Made by a program: the position numbers and the translations under genes
Shown: piece after piece, positions 51,060-64,000 of the stretch
How positions within the stretch are numbered: the stretch's first letter is position 1
Layout of the letters: each line of letters starts with the position of its first letter
The notes under the pieces: model-generated
What the model saw: only the letters and a program-made list of their open reading frames with translations
What the model was told of the DNA's origin: nothing
Databases searched by the model: none
Assembly (NCBI RefSeq): GCF_000143415.4
Contig: NW_003314288.1
Coordinates: 332,002 to 396,001, forward strand
Length of the DNA: 64,000 nt
Source of the DNA: Selaginella moellendorffii
Taxonomy: Eukaryota; Plantae; Lycopodiophyta
Direction of reading: 5' to 3'

Positions 51060-52725
51060 AACCTTTTCTTCATTAGTGAATGGAAGTGTACGAATTTGCA
51101 AGAGTGACCGGCAATTCCCAGTTTATTTTACTTCCTTTTCAGCCATACAAGCTTATTTATGCGTCAATGCTTGCTGAAGCTGGAAAGATAAACGAAGCTT
51201 TAAGGTTGGTGATTTTTAACTGTATGCTTCATTAACACAAGGTTTCTCTTCGAAGGTATTGCCAAGCAGTGTTGAAAACGTTGAAAACAGCGGGCCATGT
51301 AGCTGATGTGTGCAAAGAAGCGGCTGTAGCCTTGGAAGAGCATCTTCGTATCCACTCTCAGGTTTGTAAGCGGACACTCGGCTTTTATATGCACTTTCCT
51401 GTTATCCAGGGAGGCTCTGACGTCAATTGTGCAACGTTTTTTTGGCAATATTGGTCTACACAAGATGATAGGCCCGTTGCCCCCGAAAGCTTCTGATAAT
51501 GCTGATATTAATAACTGTCCCGCAACAGCTTCTAGCAGAAGCAGTGTATCACTTGCTTCGTCAGCATCAATGGAACCCATAAGTGATAATACGAGAAGAT
51601 CCAACATGCCAGCGAGAAGCATTTCTGAGACTGACTTTAGGCCTGCACAGGTAACTTGACTTGCTCTTGTGTATCTTCGATTAAGACTTGTATTCTTTCA
51701 TCAGATCGTTAGTCCAGTGAAAGGAACGCCAAACAGAGGCGTCTTTACTTCTTTCGTGCAAAGAGTGATGGGCTTCATAAAAACACCTTCGAAGGAGGTT
51801 TGTAGAAGCTTTGGAAAGAGTGCTAGCTGATTGATGGTCGGGTATGTGATGCAGGCAAAGCTTGGCGACAGCAACAAGTTTAGATACGACGAGACACTGA
51901 AGTGCTGGGTTGAAGAACGAGCCGAGGCACAAGCACCAGACCTTCCATTGGCTCCTCCTCCCACGGCAAACAAGCTCGTCTCGCGTGTGGAGGAGAACGG
52001 CACTCCTATTTCCATGTCTCCCGAGAGACCAGAGCCAACTCCAGAAAGGCCGCAACCGGTTGTGAGTGGAATCCCACCAATGCCTCCAAGCAGTAACCAG
52101 TATGCAGCTCGCGCACGTCAAAACGTTAGATCAAGGTACCGTTTTGGTCATTCCCAGCACTCCAATCTCACGAGGTTTTTGCAGATATGTCGATACATTC
52201 AACAAAGGTAGTGTAACACCATCCAAGACATCATCGGACTCTCCTCCACTGTTTGGCGTGGTGCCAAAGGCAAGCGCAAAGCCTTTGGCTCCAGCGAGAT
52301 TTTTCGTGCCTGCGGCCGCTGCTGCCGCTGCTCCAGATATCAACAGCAACCATTCGGTGGATCCTTACTCGGCACCGGCCTTTGTCTCCGACACGGCGTT
52401 CTCAAACGGGAATGGAGCATTCGCTCAGCTGGTTGTACAGGATATGAGAAACGATCCGGGGCCAATGCCTGATCATCTCTCGAGCAGCTCTTCACCAGCA
52501 ATGTTCTATTCGAATCACTATCCAGCAGCACCGTCGACCGTCTCGTTGCCGCCACCTCCAGCTCTGGAAGTCACTCCACCAGTGATGGTCGAGCAGCAGC
52601 AGCAAAACCAACACCAGGAAAGTTCGATTAATCGGCACCACCATCAACAGTCCGCCACAGTGGGATTCGAAGCTGCCAGTTCCTCTGGAGTGTTTGGAGA
52701 CGACTTGCAAGAGGTGGAATTGTAA
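51060..52725 (+). pseudogene. SEC16: SEC16 3' fragment (copy C, inverted relative to copy A)
   Basis: It is a reverse-complement match to 14727-16392 and ends FGDDLQEVEL*. Confidence 0.85.
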
Positions 52726-52934
52726 ATCACACTCCACAAGTAGTGTTGCTGGGTGGATTTTGGTAGAGCAGTGTGGCGAAGTAGTAGTCGTGGAAGGAGG
52801 AATTTTTTTTGGCTGGGGAGCCACGAGCGAAAAGCTCCTTAAAGTTGCTAGAGAAAGGAAACTCTTTACAGTGTAACAAATAAAAGCAAAGGCCTTGTGT
52901 GAATATACCTCGAATAATCTCCCGGATTTAAAAT

Positions 52935-54280
52935 ATGGCGCGCGTAGCTCACAAGCCGTCGTCTTGGTGGGATGAAACGCTGGTTGTCTACGGGCGGTGT
53001 GGGCATTTGGAGGAATCGAGAAGGAAGAACATCGCGTCGTGGACGTCTCTCGTGACCGCGTATGCCGAGAGTGGGCATCCGGGGGAGGCCAAGGCAGCGT
53101 TCGATCGAATGGCGGTATGGGACGTAGTTTCCTCCACTGCGATGGTCAAGGCGCTGGGCGATTGCGGGCGGATTGGATCGAGCAAGGCGGTGTTTGATGC
53201 GATGCCCGAGAGGAACTGCAAGACGTGGGCGACGCTGCTGCGAGGATTTGCTCGCGGCGGAGAGATTGGGCGAGCGAGAGAAGTGCTGGATCGGATGCCC
53301 GAGACGAATGTGGTAGCGTGGACGATCCTCGTGCAGGGTTTCGCGCAGCGCGGGCGAGTGGGCGGTGCGAAGGCCGCGTTTGATTCCATGCCCGAGAAGA
53401 ACAGCATCACTCGCGCGGTGATGCTCGTCATGTTTGCGGAGAATGGATTCGTGGAGGAGGCGGAGGATGTCTTCCAGGAAATTGTCCACCGAAACGCGAT
53501 CCTCTGGGGCGCGATGCACTGCTGCTATGCCCAAAATGGGGATTTGATTCAAGCCAAGAGTTTGTTTGATAGGATGCCTCAGCACAGCGTACTTTCGTGG
53601 AAGATTATGATCAAGTCATACGCGCAAAACGGTGATGCTGATCAAGGAAAACACTTGTTTGAAGAAATACCACACAGAGATCTTGTTTCATGGAACGCGA
53701 TAATCGCTATTTATGCCCAGAGAGGTCGTTTCCGGGCGTTTTCTTTGGTTTGCTGCTGGGATTCCTATTCATGGAACACAATTCTAGTGGTATATGCTCT
53801 AGATGTAAATATTCGTGATGCTAAGAAAGCGTTCGATGAGATGCCAGCTTGGAACTTGCTCTCCTGGAACACGATTCTTGCAGCATATGCCCAGACCGGC
53901 GATCCAGCTCTTCTGGGCGATGTTTCTTCACGGCTTTGGCCCCGACAAGGCAGCGTTTGACATCGTTTTGATGGCGTGTAGCTATCTGGGGCTCGTCAAG
54001 GAAGCAGTAAGCTACTTCACGGCAATGAGCTTTGACTATGGATTGGATCCTGCACTACACCTGCATTGTTGATGCTCTCGGACGACTAGGGCGATTGAAA
54101 GAGGCCGAGGATGTCCTGGAGAATATGCCTTTGCCAGCAGATGGAGTTGCATGGGCAACGTTTCTTACCGCGTGCAAAAACCACGGGGAGATGAATCGAG
54201 GGATGCATGCTGCGGAATTTACGTGCCAGTCCCTTGTGAGTGATGCATTGCCTTATGTGATGCTGGAGACTCCTCTCTGA
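52935..54280 (+). pseudogene. PLS/E PPR copy C, frameshifted
   Basis: It is an inverted paralog of 21385-22687, split over three ORFs by small deletions. Confidence 0.85.
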
Positions 54281-55406
54281 GTTCCATATGTTATCCTCTC
54301 CGCTGGGCCTCAGCCCATTCTTGATATTTACGAAGGCTCCATTGGATGTTGATACAGAGAATTAAATTTAAAGACAATTGGCCCACTTTTATGATGGGCT
54401 TAATCTATGTTGAATGGATTGCTCTTTGCAAAGCATGTATGCAAGGTGATTTTACAAGGAAATTTATCAAATCTTCCGCAAAGTCAATGCCATACCTGTC
54501 AAGAACCAAATCCTTGGAGAGCTTTAGGAATTAGTATAGGGATATATAGGGATGCATAATGAACGATAGTTAAGTAATTTGATGATGAGAAGTTTGACAT
54601 GGCACAAGCAGAGTGCGCCTCTCAAGGCATCCAAATCTATGTTCTAGCTCCCATTTGGAAATAAGAAAGATTACAAGTGCCATTTCCTATCCCTTTGAAA
54701 ACTTTCTTTCTATTCTGCAGGGTGGAGTTTTACATATAATGTTGTTGTCACAAATAATTATAAAGCAAGTATAAGGGAATATTGCTTCTTCAATGACAAC
54801 TAGCAATTTGTAAAATGTTTTGTGACCAACTATTCCCTTCTCTTCCAATATCATGGCATATAAGTATATGAAAATTTTCAAAACTATTATGTTGGAGTAC
54901 AATCTTAATCATTCTTAAACTCTTAGGAATACTAGACTCAACTCTTCAGTTCCCTTTAATCTTTCAGTCTAGCATCATTCCAAATACAGGATTGGTATTG
55001 CCTTTTGAGACAAGGATAATTAGTTGTTATTTCAATTTACATTGAGTTATAATTTAAATAGATTGCTACTTTGTCCTCTATGACATGCTAGATGGAGAAA
55101 AAGTGTTATATAAGATCATATTTATTATGCATTCCTCAAGTATTCTTTACAATTCAAATATTTATTTTAATAGATTTTTTTTCTGCAGGCTATTTGAAAA
55201 CGAACACGATTGCATAAATAGAAGATGATGGTCACATTAGATTATGGTTTCCAGAAATGCAAATGATTCTTTCACAAGGTGTATAACCTATTTGCACACA
55301 TATCATATTTTTATATTATTTATTTTTCCACAAAACCTATCTTTTATAGCTTCAGTTTTGAGTATTTCTTCAATGTAGGCACTATATTTTTGGTTTGCTT
55401 AATAGA

Positions 55407-56230
55407 CACTACACATGTGACTATCACAGTCAAATTGTGATGGCCACATCAGCAATTTGAAGTAACGTTACCTTAGTACATATCACTAACACCATCATTT
55501 TTTTAATAGTGGCATTGTGATAGTGAAATCAATTTAAATGTTTTTCAAAACTAGCCTAGCTGGTTGACCACCATGAAACCTGTAATAGCAAGTTAAAATG
55601 CTGATGTGGCAGTTATTTCCTCCCGCCACTATTGCTGACATGTCAATTCATGGTTTTAGAGTCTTGAGTAGAATGGCAGAGCAACAGTTGAAAAATTTGG
55701 AGATTGTGTTCTCCACTCAATGTCAGCAAGAGTTTCTGGATGATGGTTCTCAATTCAGCAGGGGGAATTTTACTGCTCCCACTCCACTAAAGCCTCTAAA
55801 ACCAACTAGAAATCAGGGGTATTGGTCTTTAAATGAATTGTTGGCTCTGAATGAAGCAAATAAACATGATTTCTTCTTACAGTAGTGAGGTAGCATTCAG
55901 GAGGCACAAGACTAAAAGCGTTCATTGGCAGTAAGTTTCCGAGTAAGTTTTGGATTTTTTAAACTTCCAGTCATTCACTAAGTTTTTAGCTACTGTTTGA
56001 CACATGGTGTCAACCATTTGCCTGGGCAATGCCAATCTTGTTGGGAGTATATTTACAAAGAGTTCAACAAAATCAAGTCATATGAATATCATGTTCTTAC
56101 TGGCAAATGCAGTATTGAAACATGACAACAGAACAATGTCGTGAGGTTGATATACCACCAACATTCAATGATCAACTATATGCAATGATGGACGAGTGGC
56201 TTTAGGACTGTTAAACTGTAAATTCACAGA
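55407..56230 (+). mobile_element. Possible CACTA-type terminus followed by a decayed trihelix/Myb-SANT-like coding fragment
   Basis: CACTAC at 55407 lies immediately after the end of the duplicated block. It is followed by YWSLNELLALNEA...GVNHLPGQCQSCWEYIYKEFNKIKSYE, which contains stops. Confidence 0.4.
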
Positions 56231-57129
56231 GACAAACTTAGGAATCAATGTCTTCACCATCTACATCCCAACAATCATCATTACTGACACCAAGAGCTTC
56301 ACAACAACAATCACTATTACCTCTATATGGAAAATTAGAGCCTAAAGGTATGTTTTGTAGTTTTTGTTTATAATCACTTTTGACAATGACAAAAAACAAT
56401 AAGAATCCTAAAAAGCATAGTTTAGGCCGGCTGAGGAAGAAGTCTTGCACACAACTTGCAGAACAACTTGCAAAAGCATTGTGTGACAACAATGTAAGCC
56501 TCATTGATACAATGGAAAATAGCTAGAAGGAAATTTGTTATCATAATCTGAAGAAGGAAGAATTCATGGAGCGTACTTTGGTTGTGGATAGCTAGATGGT
56601 GAAGAGTGTGGATCAAGTAGCTCAAACCTTATTTGCAATTGCTGATTCTTTGGTAAGTCAATTCATATTATTATTCATGAACTTCACTTTTGTAGTTTAC
56701 AGTTTTATTGATTACTATCTCCGAAGTGACAAGAGAGATGATGAACTGATGAAGATGTGATGATTTACCTGATCAACAATTCTAGGCCTAGCATTCCCAT
56801 TGCCAATATCCTTGGATCAATTCCATCAATTTAGATAGAGCATTCTTGTTGGAAGGACGTGAGCATTCACATAAAGCTGTTTGTATCAGTTGTCTGGCAA
56901 TAGAAACACAAATGGATCAAAGTTAGATTGAAAGGAAGGAAAGAACTTTGCAAGAGTAAGTACCAAGAATGCCAAACTGCGAAATGACAATCTTTGTGTA
57001 TGGTTGATTGAATCCCCTCTCAGTGACCACTACTCAGGTATTGCCTATAAGCTTGGCAATGTTGTGGGGATTCAAGATGAGATTTTTCCCAAGGAACGAA
57101 GAGAAAAAAATACATATTGGAAGTAAAGA

Positions 57130-59238
57130 TTGCTTGTGTTATCTTTGACCACCCTAGTACTCCCAGCCAAAGGAACACCGAAGGAGCATTATGAGCAAAT
57201 TAAGAATATAAAACAGCAACCAAAGGAAGGAATTCAAGACTATACTAGACAATTCAAATTATATGTAAAGAAATGTAAAGATCTTATCACCGACAAAAGC
57301 AAGAGTTTGTTTTATATACAAGGATTACGAGAAGCCTATTGCAACATGATAGCCTTGGCTGATACACCTAATAAAGAAAGTGTTAATTCACTATCTCAAG
57401 GAATCTTAAAACTTGAGAAATAGTTTAAGCAATTCACTAAAGGTGAATCTTCTCATGCTAATGATAACTCAGATGATGAAGAGGAAGAAATACTAATCAA
57501 AACAAAAAAGAAACAGATACAGGGAAAAGACATTAGACATGTATTGAAGAAGTTGGCTTTAACTGAACTTAAACAAGGAGTCTTTTGTACAAAATACAAA
57601 AATGAAGGACATTCTGTTTTAGACTGTAAATTCCATTTACCCAAATGTCAGATTTGTGATATGGAAGGACATATAGCCAAGAATTGTTGATATAGAAATA
57701 CCACCGAAGTTTCAAGAGTGGAAAATCTTCAATGAGGACCACTATAACAAAATTATCAAGGAAACAACAACCAAGAACAAAAACCACCAAGAAATTATTA
57801 TTACCAAGATAATCAATAATATAATCAAGGATATAATCATGGATATAATCCCCCACAAAATCAAAACTATAGTCAGGGACAAAACAATTTTAGAGGCAAT
57901 TACAACCAACAATGATACAATAGACAACTAAACAATTATCAACATCCACAAGGGAACAACTACAACCAAAGCCAACCAAGGCAATATAACAATTACAACA
58001 ATCAAGCATCACAACAAAATTATCAACCAAGACAAAATCAACCACAAGAAAATCAAATTAGACAACAATACAATCCACAAAACCAAAGAGTCAATTAAGC
58101 TCCTGCTGGAAGGCCACCAGCAGCACAAGTAGTTCAAGCAGAAGTTGATGTAGAAAATGAAGAACAACTAATGACTAAAGAACTAGAAGTTTTGGCAATC
58201 ACAAGAACACAATATGAATATCAACAACCTGATAATTATGAAGAACAAGATGAAAGTGATCAAGCATTAGAAATTGGGAATACCAAGTGGAAAAAGAGTA
58301 AGAAAATACTTAAAACTATTCAACAAGAGCTTCAAAACAAAGATCCCAAAATTATTAATGATCAAATATACAATCAAGATGACCAAACTCAAGTATTAAG
58401 CTTTACTCAAGATGAGCATACAACCATTGCTGAGCACATACTACAAAAGGGAATTACTTTAACCTTATAGCAAATATTGCAAATAGCACCATATATGAAA
58501 GACTAAATCTTAAAGATATGTAATCGAAAGATTCTTGAAGCTCACACACAAGAAAAACACCAATCTCAACCAGCACGACAAGAACAACCTGAAAGAATCC
58601 AACCCAGTGATTATGATGATAATGTACCTTGTATCAACGTACACATTGGCAAAAATCATATTGAAAGAGCTATCTTTGATGGAGGTTCTGGGGTTAATAT
58701 CATCGAATATGCACTATGTAAAGCTTTAGGACTCGGCAATATATAAACTGCACCATTCATTGTATGCATGGCTGATCAAAGAGTTGTCAGACTAGCAGGC
58801 ATCATCTGTGATGTCTCTATGACAGTCAAAGGACATAAATTTAAAGTTAACTTTGTTGTGTTAAAAATGCCGATTGAAGAATCTTCTTATGAAATCTTGT
58901 TAGGTAGACCTTGGCTTAACAAAGCTATTTCTACACAATATTGGATGGAACATGAGATATGTATCCAATCCCAACAAGGACAAACTAAAATATTAACATT
59001 GACAAGCAAGAAAATCTCAAGAAGTTTCTGACCAACACAAGTTCAAGAATACAATTGGCAAGAAGGCTTAGATGATCTTGAAAAAGCTAAATTATTTGAA
59101 GCATATCCTGAACTTAAGGCAATCCAAGAAATTGACCTCAATAGGATACTTCCTGTAACCAAGTGTCAAGACTATGAAGATTCAAAAACAATAGGAGCAG
59201 TTTGTCAAGCAACACCAGCCTCAGCAGCAACAGCCTCC
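57130..59238 (+). mobile_element. Decayed Ty3/gypsy gag-protease, interrupted by a younger LTR element
   Basis: A zinc knuckle CQICDMEGHIAKNC and protease motifs IFDGGSGVNII and ILLGRPWL, with many stops. Confidence 0.8.
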
Positions 59239-62200
59239 TGTAAAGAACCAACTCGCCGAGGTGTCGTAGGCTAAAGGAACCCCAAACGCATGACCAAAAT
59301 GACAAAGAGTTCATCGGATGGGACCAAGTCGAAGATCGAATCCAAGACCGACTTTAGGACTGAGTTCGAGATAGAGTCCGGAATCGAGTCCGAGATCGAC
59401 TCGACGACCGAGTTCGAGTCCGAGACCGAGTTTGAGACGGAGTCCGAGATCCGAAATCGGGTCCGAGACCGAGTCCGAGGTCGAGTCCGAGGTCGGGTCC
59501 GAGATCGGGTCTGAGATCGAGTCCGAGATCAAGTCCGAGACCGAATCCGAAGTCGGATTTGAAATCGGGTCCGAGATCGAGCCAGAGACTAAGTCCGAAT
59601 ACTAATACGGGCCAAGGGGGGAAAGCCCAAAGCGGGGGTCTCCCAGGGGGGGGGGGGGGGGGGGGGCTGCAGGGGGTTCCAAAAGTATAGTAGAGATAGT
59701 AAGGTCCAGGAACCAGTCTTGAAGGAACTCTCAAGTGGTGCTTCCAAACTGACTTGAGGTTGAGACTGGGGCCGAGGGGCCTTGGGTGGGAGTGAGCATG
59801 GGCTTGAGTGGTGCCGGAGGGGTCACCCAGGGAAGTGCTCAAGAGCAGCTCCCACTCCCGAAAGGGAAACCGACTGCGGTGCTCCCGGCTCATGTGGAGT
59901 GGTGCCCCACTTGAGTACCTTGTGGCTCATTGGTCCTCGCCCTTCCTAGGGGCTTGGGCCTTCCCTTCGGGATGGAAGTGGGGGGGTAGAGGTACCCATA
60001 CCGGGCCGTTAGGCCACGGTGTTTCACCCCGATGTCCCGAAGCAAGTGCTGCACCCAAGACTTGGGATGTAGAGGGTCCCATGATCAAGTCTTGTGGTAC
60101 CAAGGGGGTTAGGAATCTGGAGGCTTGGTGTGCTTGGCTGCTTGTGCCTGCGGGGAGTGTAGCCGAACTTTAAGTCCAGTCTAACCCGGGGACGGGGATT
60201 GGGAGAGATTTGGGAATCCGTAGATGGATGGCTAACACTCCATTGCTCATGCAGTGAGTAGCTGAAACCAAGTAGGACCAAGTAGGAGCTGGTACCATAG
60301 GCGGGAGCCTTGGCGAGGGAACTTAGCACAAGCCAAGGCAGAGTTGGTCAGATAGACGAGGTAAGCTGGCAAATTGGAAAGGAAAAATTTGTGGCTTACA
60401 ATTTGGTATCGGAGCCTCTTCCTCAGTTCTAGCGAAGGATGGAGGCGGATTGCTGGGAGATGGCAAGGGCAGGACGTAAGCAAACCCAGGCGGAGACGGA
60501 ACCTCCTCCAGAGCTGGAGCCTCCGGTCGAACAGGAGGCTATGGATGAGGAATCCTTGGATGAGGAGGACTCCAGTGAGGCAACTTCCAAACAGGAGTCT
60601 GGTGGTGAGGTTCAGTCGTCCAAGGCTCGATTGGACGTTCTAGAAGGACAATTGGCGCAGACCAATGCTCTGCTGGAGACTCTCGTACCCAAGCTAAAGC
60701 GTGATGAGAAGCGGAAGAAAAAGCGAAAGACTGCGGATGCTGGCAGCGTAGAAGGTGCGGACCCTTCAGTAGGGACTGAGGTAAAACCAGACCAGGTCGA
60801 ACAGACCGAAGTGGAATCAGTCCCTCAGGCAGTTCCCAAGTACAAACCAAAGCCCCCACCGATCTTTAAGGGAGTGAACGACTATAAGGTGGTGGAGGAT
60901 TGGTTTTACGATATGGAGGACTACTTCCGAGTGTTGCAATTACCGAGCTCGGAGAAGGTCCCATGTGCAAAACCATACTTGGCAGATAATGCCAAGTCTT
61001 GGTGGAGAACAACAAAGGCCAATGAAGGACCAGTGGCCACTTGGGAAATGATGAAGGCGAGGATTCGCACAACTTACGTTCCTCCGAATGCTACTCTGCA
61101 TCTAAGGGACAAGCTGAGTAGGCTGAAGAAGACCGGAACCATTCAAGAGTATGTGAATGGGTTTATGGCAAAGAGGATACTTGTCACGGACATGGGGGAT
61201 ATGGATGCGTTCCATGCCTTCATATCAGGTTTGCAAACCTAGGCTCGCGGCAAAGTGATGCAGTGGAACCCGACCAACTACAAGGAAGCGTTGGATGTGG
61301 CCATCAAGGTGCATTTCAACGATAACCTGCGAAAGGGGAACACGACGGGGTCAGGATCCACATTTAGCAAAGGGGCCAAACCAAGGGGAACATTTAGCAA
61401 AGGGGAATTCAAGAAGAGTTTCTCTAAGAATGAGTCCTCGGGGTTCCGGAAAGGTAGATCCGGTGGCCAGCGAGCGAGTACGTGGGGGAGTCAAGCGAAA
61501 AGAGACAAACCCACGGATAAGAAGGTCAAGTCGTATAGCAGCATGGGAAACAACGTATGCTACAACTGCGGTGAAGCGGGACACTTTTCGAGGGAATGTC
61601 CCTACCTGAAGAAGGCCAGAGCCAATATGGCCATCAAGTTGGGTGAAGTCCAAACTGAGGTACGTGATCCAGTCCCTAACTCAAAGTTACTCATTACACG
61701 AGCAACTTTGGTAGAGAGTCGTTCGCGACATCTACTAGCCCTCCGAGGGAAGCTCGGAGGTAGCTTTGTTAAGATCCTTATTGACACGGGTGCTTCGGAT
61801 AATTTTGTGGCTGCAGACATAGTCTGGCAAGCCGGACTAACGGTGCAGCAGCTAGGCGAACCAAGGACTATAGAGTTTGTTCAAGGTAGCCAAAGCACCG
61901 ATGAGGTACTTTGACAAGCGAGAGTCGAAGTGGGGACTTGGAAGGTGGACATGGATTTCACTGTGTTGGACATGGTGGGATTTGACGTGATCTTCAGAAT
62001 GGACTGGTTCAATCGATTCGTGGTAGCCCTACATGGACAAGGTAGAAACCTTGTGGTACTGGCGAATGCCCAAGGAATAAGATCTAGGGTGGAGGCCCAA
62101 GATCTAAAGGTAGGGCAAAGCAAGGCCAAAGATTCCTTCTTAAACCTGGTGTCCACAAGAGGACAACTCACTAGGCGGCCTTTTTATGCTTACTCTCGGT

Positions 62201-64000
62201 GAAGAGTGACAAAAAGACAGAAATGAAAGAAGTACCTTTAGTGATCCAGTGGGTGTTGGACCAGTTCCAGGATACCATGCCAGAGGCGCTACCAGCGGGG
62301 CTACCCCCAGCACGACCGATAGAACATAAGATTGAGCTGGTCGAGGGTGCTGAGGCAGTGGTTCGTCCCCCTTATCGTTTGAACGAAAAAGAACTCAAGA
62401 AGCTCAAGTGCCAACTAGAGGAGTTGGTGGACAAAGGGTATGTTAGGTTGAGCAAGTCACCATATGGGCCGCCGGTGTTATTTGTGAAAAAGAAAGATGG
62501 ATCTATGCGCATGTGCATAAACTACCGGTTGCTCAACAAGTATACAAAGAAGAACAAGTACCCTTTGCCTAGGATTGAGGACCTGTTCGATAGGTTGGGA
62601 AAGGCAAAATACTTCTCGAGGATTGACCTAAGGTCAGGATACTACCAGATCAGGGTAGCCGAGGAAGATGTCGAGAAGACAACCTATCGAACGAGGTATG
62701 GGAGCTTTGAGTTTCTGGTGATGCCTTTTGGGCTATGTAATGCGCCGGCAACGTTTTCGGCACTAATGAACCACATCTTTGTACCCTATCTGGATCACTT
62801 CATGGTCGTCTATATCGACGACATCCTGATCTATAGCGAGACACTAGAGGAGCATGCCGAACACTTGGCGAAGGTGTTTGAGAAACTAAGGGAACACAAA
62901 CTGTATGGTAAAGAGAGCAAATGTGACTTTGCTCAACAAGAGGTAAAGTTTCTCGGGCATGTGGTGGGCCAGGACAGGCTCAAGGTGGACCTGGAGAAGG
63001 TCCAAGCGATCCAGGAATGGGAGCGACCATTGAATGTACACGAGTTGAGGGCATTCCTGGGGCTATGCAACTACTATCGAAAGTTTATCAAACACTATTC
63101 GAGAGTAGCCCTGCCCTTAACGGACCAAACAGGAAAAGGGAAGATGGTGTGGACAGCGGAATGCGAGGCGGCATTTGTCCACCTCAAAGGGAAGTTGAGG
63201 AAGGCTCCCGTATTGGCATTACCAGACTTTGGTAAGGACTTTGAGGTAGAAACGGATGCTTCGGACTTTGCGTTGGGCGCAGTTTTGAAGCAAGACAACC
63301 ATCCGGTAGCGTTCTTCTCGAAGAAGTTGGACAAGGCTCAACGGAAGTGGCCTGCCCACGAGAGGAATTGTTTGCGGTGGTCAAGGCACTCAAGGAGTGG
63401 CGACACTACCTTGGGAGACACTTCAAGGTTTACACGGACAATATGGCAACGAAACACTTCTTGTCACAGCCTGACCTGAGAGGGAAACAAGGTCGGTGGG
63501 CCAATGCCTTGGCCGAGTTTGATTGTGAGATTCTGTACAAGCCTGGGAAGAGCAACATCGTGGCGGATGCGCTAAGTCGAAAAGCGAGTTTGAGGTTGGC
63601 AATATCCAGCGCAACAGCAACCTTCTGGGACGATGTGCGGATGGCATATGAGAACGATGGTCTAGCACAAGAAGTGTTGCTGAGGAATCTAGAGGCACGA
63701 GAAGCTCACCAAAGAGGTGAGCTGCCAACGGAAGAGAAAACGAGCTATGCGGAACACAACGGACTCATTTATTACAAGCAAACAAGGGTGTATGTTCCAG
63801 AAGGGGAACTAAGGAAGGTGGCCTTAGAAGAGTGTCATGACGGACCTCTTGCGGAGTGCCCAAGATGATGGGCTTACTCAAGAGGAAGTACTATTGGCCA
63901 GATATGGCTAAGGACGTCCAAGACTATATAAAGACATGTCCAACATGTCAGTAGGTAAAAGCCGTGACTAAGGCTAGTGGGGGCTTGTTGCAAAGCATCC
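59239..64000 (+). mobile_element. Ty3/gypsy retrotransposon: 5' LTR 59239-60400, PBS, and gag-pol with stops and frameshifts; runs off the window
   Basis: TG..CA LTR, PBS TGGTATCGGAGC at 60404, [42 protein letters not shown] and the start of integrase. Confidence 0.93.

Overview
This is eukaryotic, land-plant nuclear DNA, most likely a lycophyte such as Selaginella. That assignment is an inference from the very short GT-AG introns, the many PLS-class PPR genes and the chromovirus-type Ty3/gypsy elements. There are three N-gaps. (1) Positions 1 to ~11.1 kb look like a large DNA transposon. A Sola-like DDD transposase on the minus strand runs off the left edge. A divergently oriented 11-exon gene of ~1650 codons joins a ParB/Srx-like domain, a degenerate amino-methyltransferase-like domain, an acidic linker and an FCP1/SCP-type HAD phosphatase domain. 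About 20 copies of one 22-bp palindrome (ATGGCRTG-N6-CAYGCCAT) are scattered over the element, many inside its tiny introns. This is the best candidate for an undescribed system. (2) 14.6-22.7 kb, 44.1-48.4 kb and 51.1-55.4 kb are three related blocks of mostly broken gene copies (SEC16 3' part, PPRs, GH29 alpha-L-fucosidase). The third block is inverted and circularly permuted. (3) 23-34 kb is a nest of retroelements: a decayed Ty3/gypsy carrying a 5S-rRNA-bearing Cassandra-type TRIM and a 7.6-kb non-coding LARD, both with target-site duplications. (4) 39.3-42.4 kb is an intact 1029-aa DYW-type PPR with an N-terminal OSB-type PDF motif and a recent 333-bp repeat expansion. (5) 57-64 kb holds nested Ty3/gypsy elements. 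All calls come from reading motifs by eye; no database searches were run.
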